Notes: generated from the letters alone by a model not told the origin. 62,880 nucleotides of DNA, filler included, from Basidiobolus ranarum (GCA_040143965.1; 27 parts of 27 records of this genome joined end to end with filler, not necessarily neighbours in it), one strand, 5' to 3'; positions 37,398 to 52,855 are shown, counted from the whole stretch's first letter. Made by a program: numbers and translations.

Positions 37398-37963
37398 ATA
37401 TTGGCTGAATTCTTTACGGAAATTTGCCAAAATCCAAGAGCTTATTCTCATTGTGAACAGTAACAAGAGTCAGCTATTTGCCAAGTGTCAGTGCTATTCA
37501 AAATTTCAGATGTTTAGCAATTTTTCCACCGTTAGTTTGCTGGTAAAGCATATTGATGTTGTTGAGTTATGTCTAATCAGTCAAATATGTGCATATGTAG
37601 AGACTAAACACAACGAGATTCTTGTATTTTTTGATTCTCATTATGGCTGGAATACAAAGCCTAAAATATCTAAATAAAGGCATGCATATTAATTCGAATT
37701 CCTACAGCAGTAAACCCAGTAATTTGCCATTCGAAAATTATATTTTTGCTAAAATTGCTGGATATTGAATAACGCATGCCAAATTTGAGGATCAATAATT
37801 TAACATGTATGAATACCGCCAAGATACCGTCAAGAAACCGCCGTCACATCATCAAAATCCCTGGCAGAATGCAAGCCAACAATATTGTGACGGTTCTCTG
37901 ACGGTTTTGCTATTTCGGAGGGTGGATCCGATCCGGATCAAATCGATTTTATTTTTGTTAGGG
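37398..37963 (+). mobile_element. CACTA end B, young CpG-rich copy
   Basis: Terminal TTTTGTTAGGG and repeated TGACGGT subterminal motifs. Continuous with the transposase 3' flank at 32285-32415. Confidence 0.8.
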
Positions 37964-38039
37964 TTAATGCATGCTCTAAAGGCATGTTTATAATGATCTA
38001 AGCTTGTCCAATAGACCTGTTCCATAGTAAACTATCAAT

Positions 38040-38705
38040 GGGACACATTCTATTCCATTAATCTCAAGTGTCTGATTCACAAGTCCAAATCTTTTCCATG
38101 ACACTTCCATATGCCATAAACACTTGTGCTATTTTAACAAAACCTTTTCTGCCACAGTTTCAGTTTAGCTTCTTCAGAGCAACCTCAGTACTGTGGGCTG
38201 TACATAACTTCAATTTGCCTCAAAAGGATGTAGAGTTAGCCTTTCTGAATGAATATCTGCAGGCAGAGATCCATAGGGAGCAATTCAATCAATTGGTTGA
38301 CTCAAAATAACCCAATATGGTCTATAAGCATTAGAAATTGCTACATAGACTCAAGCAAACATCCATGGCATTGTAAAACAACATGGATATCTCATTGGAA
38401 TAACCGGAAGTAACAGAATTCAGAGCAGATCTGAGTCTTTACATTGAAGCATGTAGGAGGCATACATTTGTCTTGGCACTATATGCAAATGACCCAATCC
38501 AAGACACAAATGATCTATATGCACTCAATCAGACCAAGATCAGCTTAGCAAACCAAATTCAGAATATTGAAATGCATTAATTCAGTTATTTCCTTGGTAC
38601 CCAAAACAAGAGAGATAATCCAACTCAGAAAACCAAGTTGAATCAGTCTTGAAATGTCCTAGGCATTCTAAAACCCTTGAACATGGAGAATAGCAAGCCA
38701 GCATA
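38040..38705 (+). pseudogene. Highly degraded copia RT
   Basis: QKDVELAFLNEYLQAEIHREQ, a HRLKQ remnant and LALYAND (YVDD equivalent). Confidence 0.65.
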
Positions 38706-39726
38706 TGATAAAAGTGTTTAGGCAATTTGGACATGATTTGGGCAAGATTTGGATTTGGGAATTAGACACTGTGGTTTTATTCAATTGAATAGGTCCTATT
38801 TATAGTTGACTATGAAATAGATCTATTGGATGTGTTTACAGCATAACCAGCATGCTTGTAAAGCATGGGTGAGAATTTGAGGTGATTTGGGAATGTTTTG
38901 AGACAATTATGAAATTGATAACTATGATCTAATTGACATTTCTATCAATTTACAAAATGAACACTCATTTTGAAATGGCAGAATTGAGTGCTAAATAATC
39001 AGAGTAGCAGTAAACCAACTACTAAATAATAAACTTGTTTCAATGGACCATGTCATATCATGCCACTTGATCCAGCCTGCTAACATGCTATCTGGCACAA
39101 TCTGTCAGTCATTATGACTAGGTCCTGTGACACTTGAATGGACACTATTACTAACAATATGGCACCATTCCAACACAATTGGACACAATAATTTTTCTGG
39201 AGATATTACACCAGCTTGTACCAAGTTAACCAATTCAGTATTGCCAAATTAGAATTTTGGTTAACTGACAATGCTAGTTCATCCCCTAGTTTGTAACTTA
39301 CCAATTATTGAATGTGTATCAATAAGCAATTTATACTGTAACTTACCCAATCAAATGTACAACCAAAACATTCACATGTTTTTAGGCAAACCATTTGTCT
39401 ATCACTCATATAATCTCCTGATCTTCAATCAGTCCCAATGGCTGCTGCATTATGAATTGCCAGTAGTTTAGTGCACTAGTGACAAATCACAGCACTTATT
39501 GATGAATTGATCTGCAGTATGATAGTACTTATCAGGATACCCTAACAGAAATTTGAGGATTGTTATTGCAGGAAAACCATCACAATTTTAATCCATTTGG
39601 GATTGACCATTTACTTACCATCATAANNNNNNNNNNNNNNNNNNNNNNNNNNNNNNNNNNNNNNNNNNNNTTAATTAATTAANNNNNNNNNNNNNNNNNN
39701 NNNNNNNNNNNNNNNNNNNNNNNNNN

Positions 39727-41955
39727 CTTTGATGTTCTTTGTGGGTTCGTGCATATCTTGACATCTCATCAGTAGTATAGGCATCTATAGCATCGTGGTC
39801 ATACACCATACTTCAACCATAAGCAATAAATAGGGAGTATTTTCACAAGTATGAAAGGAAAAACAAAGCGCAAATATGCAGATGGTGGCTTTAGAAGAAG
39901 AACAATCAACTTGACTTTGAGTCTGGTTTTGACCATGTAGATATCTGCAAAGAACTTGATAGAGGGTGGCACAAAATTGCAGGGTATCTGCCAGATAGCT
40001 AGTAAAATCTCAATTCAGTAAAGTCAATACAATGGTTGGCTTTGATGGAGATATTGATACAAACTTGTGTTGGATACAAATTATACCTTGGTTATGAGGA
40101 ACTCTATAAAAATATCCACGAGACCATGTCAAAGAAATGAGGGATTTTGGAGAAGACAAATTAGCATTCAAGTGGTAATTCTTAAAAATTTCAGTTATGT
40201 TTTTGCACATGTGTAGATCCATAGTTCTCTAAGATTGTGGCCAATCATGCACCACTACTTTGTAAGATCTTGAAGCCTCACCCCTGCAACTGAAAAAATT
40301 GAATAAAATCAAATCTAACTTGACAATTTTATGATGGTTAGTAAAAGGGCATTCCCAAGTGGATTGAAATAGTGACAGGTTTCCTACAATAACCATGCTC
40401 AAATTTCTGTCACCGGTGTAAAATTAGCTAAAAATCCCATGAAAAATGATCAAAACTGGCCAAATGGGGCTCATAAAATATAATTTGAAAGACCCATGTC
40501 TTGAAGTATTTGGAGGGCCTGTTGGAAGTGGGCAGGAGACTTAGTAGATTTGGTGATTTTCCATTGTTGATTTATTGAGTACAAAGTTGACTCTTGTACT
40601 GTTCTCAAGATGTAAGCAAACTAATGGGAAGAATGTACTAAGGAAGGTCCCAGAAAAATGTGTTCAAAGCTTGTAGCTTCAAATACAAGTTTGCAAAGTT
40701 TTTATATCAGGGATGTTCAAAATTGGTAACATATTCCTAGTAAATTCTAATCAACAATAATGGGTAATATCCTAGTTTAATATATGATAACTAAGTATTG
40801 AGCTATATATGACTATTTAGAAGCTTACACAATGATGATTTAACCACTCTCCCTCAACTAACTGGTCATATTAATTAATTGTAAGTCTACAAGTTGATTT
40901 GCTGTAGCCTTGCTAGTGAAATGATGCCTAATATCTACTTGCTTGCTTCAATTTTTAAGCATGAGATTTTAAGTTGATTTCATTCAACTTTGATTATCTT
41001 GAAGTATTGTCGTTGCTAGGTTTTGAGAATATTCTAAGTCTGTTAAGAGCCTTCTTAACTTGCCTTTTTCCATCTTATTGAGCCAGATCAGGCCAGCTAA
41101 AAAGTGTGCCAGCACAAATTGGCACAATTGGGCATTATTTAGCCCAATATAATTTACCATTACAGAAACAGTAGTTTTATCCATGAGGTATATTTACAAA
41201 AGTTCTTTTAGACATTATAACCTATTCACAAGATGACAAAAGCTTCATTTATAGTGTCTCAAGTCCTTAACTGAAATTTGAGGATAGTTGTTGAAGGAAA
41301 ACCATCACAATTGTAATCCATTTGGGATTGACTGTTTACTTGACATCACAAAATTGTCAAGTTAGATTTGATTTTAATCAATTTTTTTGGTGTTTGGAGT
41401 GAAATTTCAAGATCTCACAAAATAGTTGTGTATGCTTGGTGACAATCTCAGAAAACAATGGATCAACACATGTGCAAAAAATATAACTCAAATTTTACAC
41501 ATTTACAATTTGAATGCCAATATGTCACCTCCAAAAACCCTAGTTTTTTTGATATGTTCTCATCAATATTTTTATAGAGTTCTTCATACCTACAATTTAG
41601 CACACACCCAACACAAGTTTGTCTCAATATCTCCATCAAAGCTCACCATTGTCTTAAAGTTGTTGAATCAACATTCTTCCAGCTATCTGGCAGATACCCT
41701 GTGATATTGTGTCACTATGTACCCTAACAGAAATTTGAGGATTGTTATCGTAGGAAAACCGTCACAATTTTAATCCATTTGGGGTTGACCGTTTACTTAC
41801 CGTCATAAAAACGTCAAGTTAGATTTGGTTTTAATCAATTTTTTCAGTTTCAGGAGTGAAATTTCAAGATCTCAGAAAATAGTTGCAAATGATTGCTAAA
41901 ATCTCAGAGAACTATGGATCAACACATGTGCAAGAAACATAACTCAAATTTTACT
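39727..41955. mobile_element. Nested TE mosaic: three CACTA end-A copies, LTR C, copia RNase H remnant, Harbinger end
   Basis: End A at ~39830-40410 (-), ~41265-41715 (+) and 41722-41955 (+, CpG intact). LTR C at ~40500-40845 (-). 41068-41265 matches 45963-46160. Confidence 0.78.
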
Positions 41956-42951
41956 NNNNNNNNNNNNNNNNNNNNNNNNNNNNNNNNNNNNNNNNNNNNT
42001 TAATTAATTAANNNNNNNNNNNNNNNNNNNNNNNNNNNNNNNNNNNNNNNNNNNNAGAAGAGAGAAGCAATTAGCGGGTTCTTCATAATTTACTACTTTG
42101 TATTCAATCCAAAATAAACACTCACCTTTTGGTTATGACACATTGTTAATATTTCGAAAGAGCAAATTCTAAAGTGTATTTAAGTGGCAAACACAATGTG
42201 ATTTTTAATACTTACTGAATATAGTTGAGTATTCAACTGTGTTTTAATGGTATTAGTCTGACTTTGGACGAAGTTTCTAATAGCTATTGCCATTATCCCA
42301 ACAGAACCACATCCGTCTTCAGCTCCATAGGAACATTAACGATCGCTAGTGAACAACAAATAGCCAGGCCCATCTTTGGTAATTATGTATATTAATAACA
42401 TTTCAAAGAAAAAAGGAATCAGTCACTATATAATTAATCTGTTTAAATCATTATAAAAAATTAAGCCTGGATTAGCACATTTGCAGTCTAAAAGATTAAA
42501 GGATAAAATTCAAGTAGACTCGCAAAAGGCTCAGCTATTTGTTGCTAAGTAATCATATTGAAATACCGTAAGCTACCGTGATTGAAGGAAGGATTCGGTT
42601 TACCCTTCCCCTGCTCTTTTCCTATTCCCTATCTTTCATTGGGCGATATTTAATACAATGAAGACCCGAATTTGCACTACTATTACTACATTATTGAGAC
42701 CAGGCTAACTAAGATTCAATATTGACCATCATACTAATGTATCGTGAAGATTCATTTTGAAAGATATATTTGTAGCAAGATAGGTGTTACAAGAAAATTA
42801 ATGTGAAAGGAGAGAGAAGGCAAAGAACAAAAGAATGTCAGAGTCACTTGATAACATGCATAGGATTGGAACTCATGAATGTTCTGGGGGAAGACGGTAA
42901 ATGAATTACTGTAGCAGTGGGCCAATTCTATGTAAATACGTGGTATACCGC

Positions 42952-44273
<1,322 letters not shown>

Positions 44274-45299
44274 CTAGATTGGGGNNNNNNNNNNNNNNNN
44301 NNNNNNNNNNNNNNNNNNNNNNNNNNNNTTAATTAATTAANNNNNNNNNNNNNNNNNNNNNNNNNNNNNNNNNNNNNNNNNNNNCACCAAAATGTATAAA
44401 TGCTTAATTTCTGGTCAATAAATAATTATCTCACAAAGCTATTCACAACTCCACTTTTCTAAAGTTCCTCCAAACAGCCCATATTTTCCCAATAGTTATA
44501 GGTACTTCAGTACACAAAATGTTGGTTGAAGGGTCCACAAGAATGCAATTTTCTTCATTATTTTGTTTTGAATCCATTTTAACGATTGGATCAGGAGAAA
44601 ATTGCTTTTTGTCATCAACTTGGGTCATTTTGGGTGAAACTTTTCATTTTCATTGAACAAAACAACCATGGACTTGATTAACTTGGAATTTTGTATCAAA
44701 GAGTCTGTAGACCTTGTTTTGAGTACAATAACCCAGAAATATGCATTTATTACTTTTTGGATCAGTTTAGACCAATTTTTGGTCATAATTTTGAGATAAG
44801 CAGTTCATCCAAAGATCCTCAAATGTTATATATCATGCTGAGCTTCAAACCAAGCTTGATATGGTTGAGAGTTAGACAGACTTCTAGTAGAACTCCTGGT
44901 TTTTGTGGGCACATTGCACTATCTTGCTGTAGATTTTGTCAAATCAATCAAGCTTACCCCACCAGGCATACGCATTACTACTATCCAAATACAATACTAC
45001 CAATGGAACACACCTGTGGTGAAATGATGCTCTGTGTTAAATTGTCAGTACTACCATATGCTAATCTGATTAATAATGTATCAGCAAAATCAGTGATGGA
45101 TGTAATGCAATGGGTTAAGGAGACTGCAAAATATGTTAACCTTCCAATAAAGGAATCTTAGATTGGAAATACATAATAAAAGAAACAAGGTTGGCAAAAT
45201 GGGAAATAGGAAGGGAAAAAATTATATTTTTAAAGGAAAAAAGGATGGCACACCTATATATATAAATAAATAATCCTATAAAATATATACAATAGTTTT

Positions 45300-45955
45300 G
45301 TCCCCCATATATATCCCATCTGCATGGATTTCATAACTGATCTACACTTGCATGCCAAATATGATTCAGTTTGGGTAATTGTTCACCTTCTGAAATATGG
45401 CCCAACTTGGGCCCTGCAACAAGTCAATTGATGCAAAACAAACAGCAGAATTGGTAACTCAAGATACATTCAGCCTACATGGACTATCCAAAACTATGAT
45501 CTCTGACAGAGGACCTTGGTTTGCCTCCAAATTCTGGAAAAGTCATCTCCAAACCTTGTGTATCTCTGGCAATTTCTCCACTGCCTTCCATCTCCAATAT
45601 GATAGCCAAATGGAGAGAGTCAATCAAGTTTTGGAGCAATATTTGCACTGCACTATTAATTATAGTCAAGATAACTAGACACAACTGTTGTCTCTGGCTG
45701 AATTTGCTTACAACAACTCTTATCAAATCTCAACAAAACAAACTCCTTTCTTTACAAATTATTGATTGCATCTTCAATTCATAAATCAGCTTCCATCCAA
45801 TCTACCTTGCCCTGCTGCTGCAGATCATGCCACTTTCCTTAAAGACATCTATAAATAGTTATTGTCCATGTTGGCGCATGCTCAAACCCAATACAAGAAC
45901 TTTGCTGATGACAAAAGAAAGTTAAACTGAGATCTCAAGCCAAGAAATTATGCAT
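45300..45955 (+). pseudogene. Gypsy integrase (rve) fragment, degenerate
   Basis: ICMDFITDL, LHGLSKTMISDRGPWFASKFW, STAFHLQYDSQMERVNQVLEQYLHC and AEFAYNN. Confidence 0.85.
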
Positions 45956-46611
45956 AGACTTGTTCCATTTTATTGAGCCAGATCAGGCCAGCTAAAAGGT
46001 TTGCCAGCACAAGTTGGCACAATTTGGCACTATCCAGCATGCTGTTGTTTACTATTTCAGAAACAGTAGTTTTACTTATTTGATATATTTAGGAAAAGTA
46101 CTTTAGACATTATTGCACATTCAAAAGATGATGAAAGCTCTATTAATAGTGTCTTAAGTCTAGAGCTCTTGATGGATATCTTTGAGTATGAAGGTATTGA
46201 GAATTAATCAAGATTTTGACTACTTTGCCTAACTTTGATTGTGGCCCACAAAATGATTTCCTCTATACTTTCCTGCTACATTGTTACATCTCTTTAGGAA
46301 ACCAACGCTATGTTCAACTCTTGCTGTCAAATAGGATAAAATATCAATATAAAGCTTGTGCCTCTCTGTGAGTATCCCTCCTGTGAGCCTCTTGTTAGCT
46401 GCGACACATCCTAGCCTTCTGCATTCTTCCCAAACATATGCCAAATCAGCCATAGCCTTCTCATATCTTACCAATGGTGCATGCATCTCAACCCAGGGCC
46501 TGTTGTCATGGTGTCTTCCTGGATGTGGCCCACTAAACCAAACAATGTTTCCTTCCAAATCTGTCAAAGCCTGGAACTTTACACAGTTGGCTTTGTACTT
46601 AGCAGATTAGA
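45956..46611 (-). mobile_element. PIF/Harbinger-type (DDE_Tnp_4-like) transposase 3' part and element end
   Basis: CVKFQALTDLEGNIVWFSGPHPGRHHD, MADLAY and RVEHSVGFLKR. Terminus AGACTTGTTCCAT at 45956. Confidence 0.8.
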
Positions 46612-46939
46612 NNNNNNNNNNNNNNNNNNNNNNNNNNNNNNNNNNNNNNNNNNNNTTAATTAATTAANNNNNNNNNNNNNNNNNNNNNNNNNNNNNNNNN
46701 NNNNNNNNNNNATTCCCTATTAAGTATATTATGTTTCATCTTGCAATATCTATATGAGCCCCATGTATTCCTTGATCAGACCTCAGTCTGATCAATGTCA
46801 GTTATCAATAAATATTCTTGCCTAAGTATCTTCCCAATCCAGTCTTTTTTTATCTTGCCTTGTGGTCTACACCCTAGTACCCTCTGGCTTTCTAGCCTCT
46901 TGTCTCTGTTTCAAGTTCTTTTCCAGTTCCTTATTGCAA

Positions 46940-48938
46940 CTGATGGTAAAATATCCAAAGATGAAGAATAATACAATGGTTTTGTTGCAGACACTTTGTT
47001 ATTGGCAAACATTAGTATACTCATAATACTTACCATAAAGAAAGCAGATTGGATTATTGAGGAGTGGAGATTTCAATCAAATCTTAGCAACCAGGTGTTT
47101 AATGGTTTTCTTACACTTTTACCCCAGTTGATTGGCAACTGTTGCTTGCCACAGATCTGGTACAAGTGGAAAACACTTGTCAATGGTATGACTTATAATC
47201 CTTCAGTAATTAAACTACCTTCATGTGGAAATGGTTTTTGGCATTCACTGATGATCTGAAAACCCTGAAGTCATGTACTGTTTGCACACAATTGCCAATC
47301 ACTAAATCAGGTAAATATGATTCATATTGGTTTACATGCTGTTGATTCTCCTACTTAAAGTTTGGATGATATCACCCAAATACAGGTCTTTGATCCATTA
47401 CCAAGGGACTCACCATTAAGTTTATGGTACTACCAATATACTTGATGAATATCACTACAAGAATCTGAAAAGTCAAGTTTACTTTGAGAACAAATATGAT
47501 CATGTATTTGAATTGGCTCTGGATGGTTTCTCTTTAACTAACTATACTGTTGGAGAGGCTTACTGGCCAATACTTTTGATTAACTTATATCTTGCTCCTT
47601 CTTAACGGTTTAAGAATCACAATATTTTGATACTATCCATCATATCTGGACTTAAATCCCCAGTATCTATACAAAAGTTCTGGGAGCCTTTGATTGTGGA
47701 ATTTGCACAGTTATAAAATGGGGTTCACATGGGTGAATATTTTTTAAAGCTAATATCATTGTATGAATTGGTGACACTCCCACCATCAGTAAACATGGAG
47801 GTTTGTGTGGGCATAATGTACTATCTTGCTGTATATTTTGTCAAATCAATGGAGTTTACTCTACCAGGCATATGCATTACTACTATCCAAGTACAACAAT
47901 AAACTTTATGATTTTACCATCAAGAGCCCAATCAGATTTCAACATGATCACTAATATCTATTCACCAAACAGTCAGTGTAATATCAAACTTGGGAGTAGC
48001 TGTAATCCTTGGATTGTATTGCTAAAGGGGATCAGCTGGACCCAGAGCTTCCATTAGGCACCATGCACATACTACTCAAAAACATTTCAATACTACTACT
48101 CAGCTATAGAGTGCAACATGCAGTGGGAATGAGACATTCAAGACAGGATTAAAGTTGGAATTGATTAAAAAATGCTTCAAAATGTCAAGATACTGCCATA
48201 TTTTACTAGGTCCCCCAGCAATATCCACTCATCAAGGTGTTTATTCAAATGCAAAGACTGGAAGCACCAGATTTGTGTATATTCAAGCAAAATCTTGAAA
48301 AGATTTCTGGCTGATAGGTATTGGTAACATTGTAAGCTGTTTGTGGATATTTTGAACATATACTTACAGCATCAACTCACATGGGCAGATCTCAGAAGGA
48401 TTAAGCAATAGTGCAAACATTTTGTAATTGCATATGAAAAACTTTATTACGTGTTGAAAGAAGATAGAAGGAATATATGCAGGTATTCAATACATTCCCT
48501 GCAGCGTATTTCACAATGCTTAGAGATTTTGGGCCCTGGCTATATATTCTGGGAGTTCCCAATGAAGCACATCCATGGTGAAATGATGCGCTGCATGAAA
48601 ATGACAGTATTACTATATGCTAATCTAATCAACTATATATCAGCAAAATTGGTGATGCATGTAACCTGATGGGTTCAGGAGACTACATATAATACTAACC
48701 TTGCAACAAAAGGGCTTTTTTCAATAGGCGCACAGGTTTTTGCATTGTTTGAGCATAATGAACTACAACAAAACCCAATTGATGGACTCTGAGTAAGTAC
48801 CTCTAAAATTTGAACTTTTTGTTGTTTTGATAATTGAAGAGTATTTCTAGGAAGGCATCAACACAGACTTCTTTGTAACATAGATTAAGATGTGCAATAT
48901 GATTGTTTCAGCCAAGAGGTAATATATTCCAACAATGA
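46940..48938 (+). pseudogene. CACTA/EnSpm transposase, longest degenerate copy
   Basis: LALDGF, WPILLINL, SGLKSP..KFWEPLIVEF, IGDTPTISKHGGLCGHN..SCCIFCQING, FKCKDWK, YEKLYY and SIHSL; colinear with the other copies. Confidence 0.85.
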
Positions 48939-49038
48939 NNNNNNNNNNNNNNNNNNNNNNNNNNNNNNNNNNNNNNNNNNNNTTAATTAATTAANNNNNN
49001 NNNNNNNNNNNNNNNNNNNNNNNNNNNNNNNNNNNNNN

Positions 49039-49149
49039 TCTTGACAAAACTATAAATGTCAACTTTCTACTCAATAAATCAATAAGTGAAAACCACCAAT
49101 TCCTCTAATTCTCCAAACCACTTCCAACAGACTCCCAAATACTTTAACA
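49039..49149 (+). mobile_element. 3' part of LTR C
   Basis: Ends TACTTTAACA and is nearly identical to the reverse complement of 62682-62790. Confidence 0.8.
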
Positions 49150-49473
49150 TCCACTTGGTAGGATTTCTGAGACCTAATTGCCTGAATTTTGTGATTGATT
49201 CAGTACTTGTTGTGATTGATTGCTTACTTCAAATAATTGATTGCATTCCACATCAGTCATATTGAGAGTTGGATGTTTTTTAGGTACATGATTGGTCAGA
49301 AAGTTATTGCCTTGTTTCTGAGCCTAACTCCCTGATTCCTGATTGGCTGGAAAAACCATATTTTTCATTGGCAGAGATAATATGCCAATTTCCAGAAGCT
49401 GGTTCTAAATCATTAGTACCCTCAGAATAATTTTCAGATTTTCTGGTACAAAATTGTGCATTTCCAGTGTTAC

Positions 49474-51264
49474 CTAATTTTTACTACTCATATAGCTGCT
49501 TGATTCCAGAAAATTATATAATAGCTCATTCTCCTTGGTTTCAGTACTCATAGTGAAGTTTGAGACAGGATTATTGCTTGTTGGCTTTCTGCTAGGAATA
49601 TTTACCACAAGGATTGGTAATGATTGGAACTTAGTCATATATTCATTGGTGGCTGATGTTTTGGACCTTGATCCAGATGTGATATTTTCTGAATTTGGAT
49701 AATGTTGATAAGTAGATTCAGATGCTAAATTTGGCCTAATTCTAGTATCCATTTCCAATGTAGCATTTTCCAAGTTAGTTTCAGTACTTATTAGCTTAAG
49801 ATTGGTTTCAAAATTTGTTAACTTAGAATTTAAGTTATTGAAAAATTGATTTTCTGCCAAAATTGTATTTCCTTGATTAGGAGATTTGAGATTTTCTTCA
49901 ATGAATGTAGTATCTCTAGAGTTGATGATTTCATTTGTGCCATCAATTAGGAGATGATAGCCTTTGTTCAGATATCCTAATAGAATACACTTAATTACCT
50001 TTTTGTCCAATTTCCTATGCTGAGACTTAGGAATATGAGCATATAGTTTTGATCTAAATATTCTGAGATGATTCAGATTAGACTTGTTTCCAGTCCAGAG
50101 TTCAATAAGAGTTTTAAAGTCATGGTTGCCATATGTTGGACTTCTATTTTGGAGATACATAGCTGTTAAAATAGCTTCACCCCAATAGGTCTTAGGCAGA
50201 TCTAAATCAATCAGCATTGTATGTGCTTTCTCTACCAAAGTCCTATTCATCCTTTCTGCAACTCCATTTTGTCTTGCACTATATGGAATAGTTAATTGCT
50301 GCTGAATTCCCTTTTCTCAACAAAAGCTAGTCATGGCTTCATTGCTAAATTCAGTTTCATTATCACTGCATAAGTATTTGATTCTTTTTCCTGTTATGGT
50401 TATGACTTTTGTATCATATATCTTGGAATATTGAAACACTTCTCCTTTGCTCAACAGAAGATATGACACTGTGAAGTGAGATTTATCATCAATAAAGATG
50501 AGTAAATATCATCACTTACTTGGTGTCAGAGTATGTATTGGGCCACCAAAGTCTCTATGAATAAAATTCAATAAATCTATATGACTATGTAAGTGCTCAG
50601 GCAATGCTAATTTCCACATAAGTCTGTATGAATATGATCTAATAAATCTTTGGCTTTGCTAGCTCCTTCTTTTTGAAATGGTTTTCTGTTGATTTTCCCT
50701 TGAATATAGCTTTCATATTTAATAATATCTCAGGGCTCAAGATCCATTCCAGTACATAGGCTATTCTTATACAATAGCTTCATACTATTATAGTTAAGAT
50801 AACCCAAGCACTGATGCCATGTCATCAAGTTTCCAGAAGTAATTGTTGCAAAGTTAGAAATAGTCTCAGTTAATGGTGCAATATCCAGGTGATATAGATT
50901 CCCAATTCTTGTTCCAGTTACTACTATCAAGTCCTTCCATTTGTATATGGTTGCTTTTCCTTGGCTGAATTTGACATCATAATGTTTCTATTCAATTGCT
51001 CAAATTGAAAACAGATTTGTTATAAATGATGGAATATATAAGACATCTTCTAAGGTTACTGTTACACTCTTGGTTTTACTCATTTGTAAATCAAATGTCA
51101 CTTTTCCCATTCTATATGTAAACAGTTTGTTTCTTACAGCTACCATGATGTCCAGAGGTTCTATTTCCCTATAGTGATGCATTATGTTTCTATTGTGATA
51201 CATATGATCACTTGCACCAGAATCCAGAATCCATACATCAGCAGAGTCATTTCCTGATTTAGAG
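49474..51264 (-). pseudogene. Copia protease, gag-pre-integrase and integrase, degenerate
   Basis: WILDSGASDHM, TWHQCLGYLN, IFIDDKSHF, QNGVAERMNRTLVEKA, YWGEAILTAMYLQNRSP and KLDKKVIKCILLGY. Confidence 0.92.
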
Positions 51265-51364
51265 NNNNNNNNNNNNNNNNNNNNNNNNNNNNNNNNNNNN
51301 NNNNNNNNTTAATTAATTAANNNNNNNNNNNNNNNNNNNNNNNNNNNNNNNNNNNNNNNNNNNN

Positions 51365-52466
51365 TTCTGGCTAGTCAGGATGTAGCGTTTGATGCCTTCA
51401 AGAAATTCAAAGCAATGGGGGCGACTGAAACAGGTCAAAAGATTAGATTATCCATACTGATAATGGAGCTGAACATACCTCAAAACTCTTCTCTAACTTC
51501 TGCTCAACATATGAGATAAAAGAGCAGCCTATAGTGCCATATTTTCCACAGCAGAATGGAGTAGCAGAACATGCAAACAGATCAATAATGGAAAGGCAAG
51601 AGCAATGCTTCATGATTAAGATTTGTCAAAACAGTTCTGGGCTGAATTGATCTCAGACAGTACAGGAGGGAGAACTACAAGCCAATAGCAACTCCAATGG
51701 ATCCAGGTGTGAAACTGGCCAAAAGTCCCATCAAAATGATGAAAAGTGGCTAAATATGGCTCAAAATATGTCATTTGAAAGCCCTGAGTTCCCTTATCAA
51801 TCAATGGTGGATAGTTTAGTCTATGCTTTGACTGAATCTCAGCCAGATGTATCTTTTGTGGTGGGAGCAGTTAGCCAACATGTGTAAAACCCAGGATCTG
51901 AGCATTACTCAACAGTTGAGTGATATTTCAGATATTATGAAGGGGACAATTGATCTAGGATTAAGATACACATATTTTATGTAAATAAGGATCTAATTGG
52001 GCTTAGTGATGCAGATTGGGGTTGTTACATTGAGGACAGAAGATCTATTGCTGGATATACTTTCCTCTAAAGTGAAGCAGCCATATCTTGCAATAGCCAG
52101 AAACAACCCACCATAGCAAATTCAACAGCTGAAGCAGAGTACATGACAGCATCACATGCCACAAAGGAGGCTTTGTGGTTAAGAAAACTGTTCAAAGATT
52201 TGCACATTTTTCAAAGTTCACCCACCACAATTTTCAAGGATAATCAAAGTTGTTCTTATTTAGTTAAAAATCACAAATTTCAAGCTACAAGTAGGCACAT
52301 TGAGATTCAACATCACTTTGTTAGGGAAGCTATTGAAAATAAGCATGTCCAACTACAGTACTGCTTAACTGAGGACATGATTGCTGATATCCTTACCAAA
52401 CAATTACCCAAGCCAAAATTTGAAGAATTAAGATTTAAGTTAGGATTAAGATATATGAATAGTTAG
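51365..52466 (+). pseudogene. Internally deleted copia pol (integrase piece joined to RT end and RNase H)
   Basis: PQQNGVAEHANRSIME, SDADWG..EDRRSIAGY, STAEAEYM, DNQSC, RHIEIQHHFVRE and MIADILTK. Confidence 0.9.
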
Positions 52467-52477
52467 TTGAGTGGGAG

Positions 52478-52855
52478 TGTTGAAGTTTATTGTCTTTATC
52501 ATATTAGTTATCTCTATCTCTATATACCTAACTATTTCATATATCACTTATAAGTTAGTTAGGATTACATTGTAAATTATCACTTAAATGCAAATGGGAA
52601 CATATATTATATATATATGAGAATAATGTAAGAATTAGTAACCCTATATTCAAAATTTCAAACTTGTTCAAATTGCCCCAAAGATCACTCATTATACTCC
52701 TACAGATGTTCTGAACACAACCCCAGTGTTAGTTTTCTGTATTTGCACCTAAATGTATAAATGCCTAATTTCTGGACAATAAAATATTATCTCACCAAGC
52801 TATACACAACTCCACTTTTCCAAAGTTCCTCCAAACAGCCCATATTTTCCCAATA
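52478..52855 (+). mobile_element. 3' LTR of copia family D
   Basis: PPT GAGTGGGAG, then TGTTGAAG...CCCAATA. Copies at 15443-15820, 16022 onward, 17604 onward, ~23890-24085 and 44385-44494. Confidence 0.85.
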
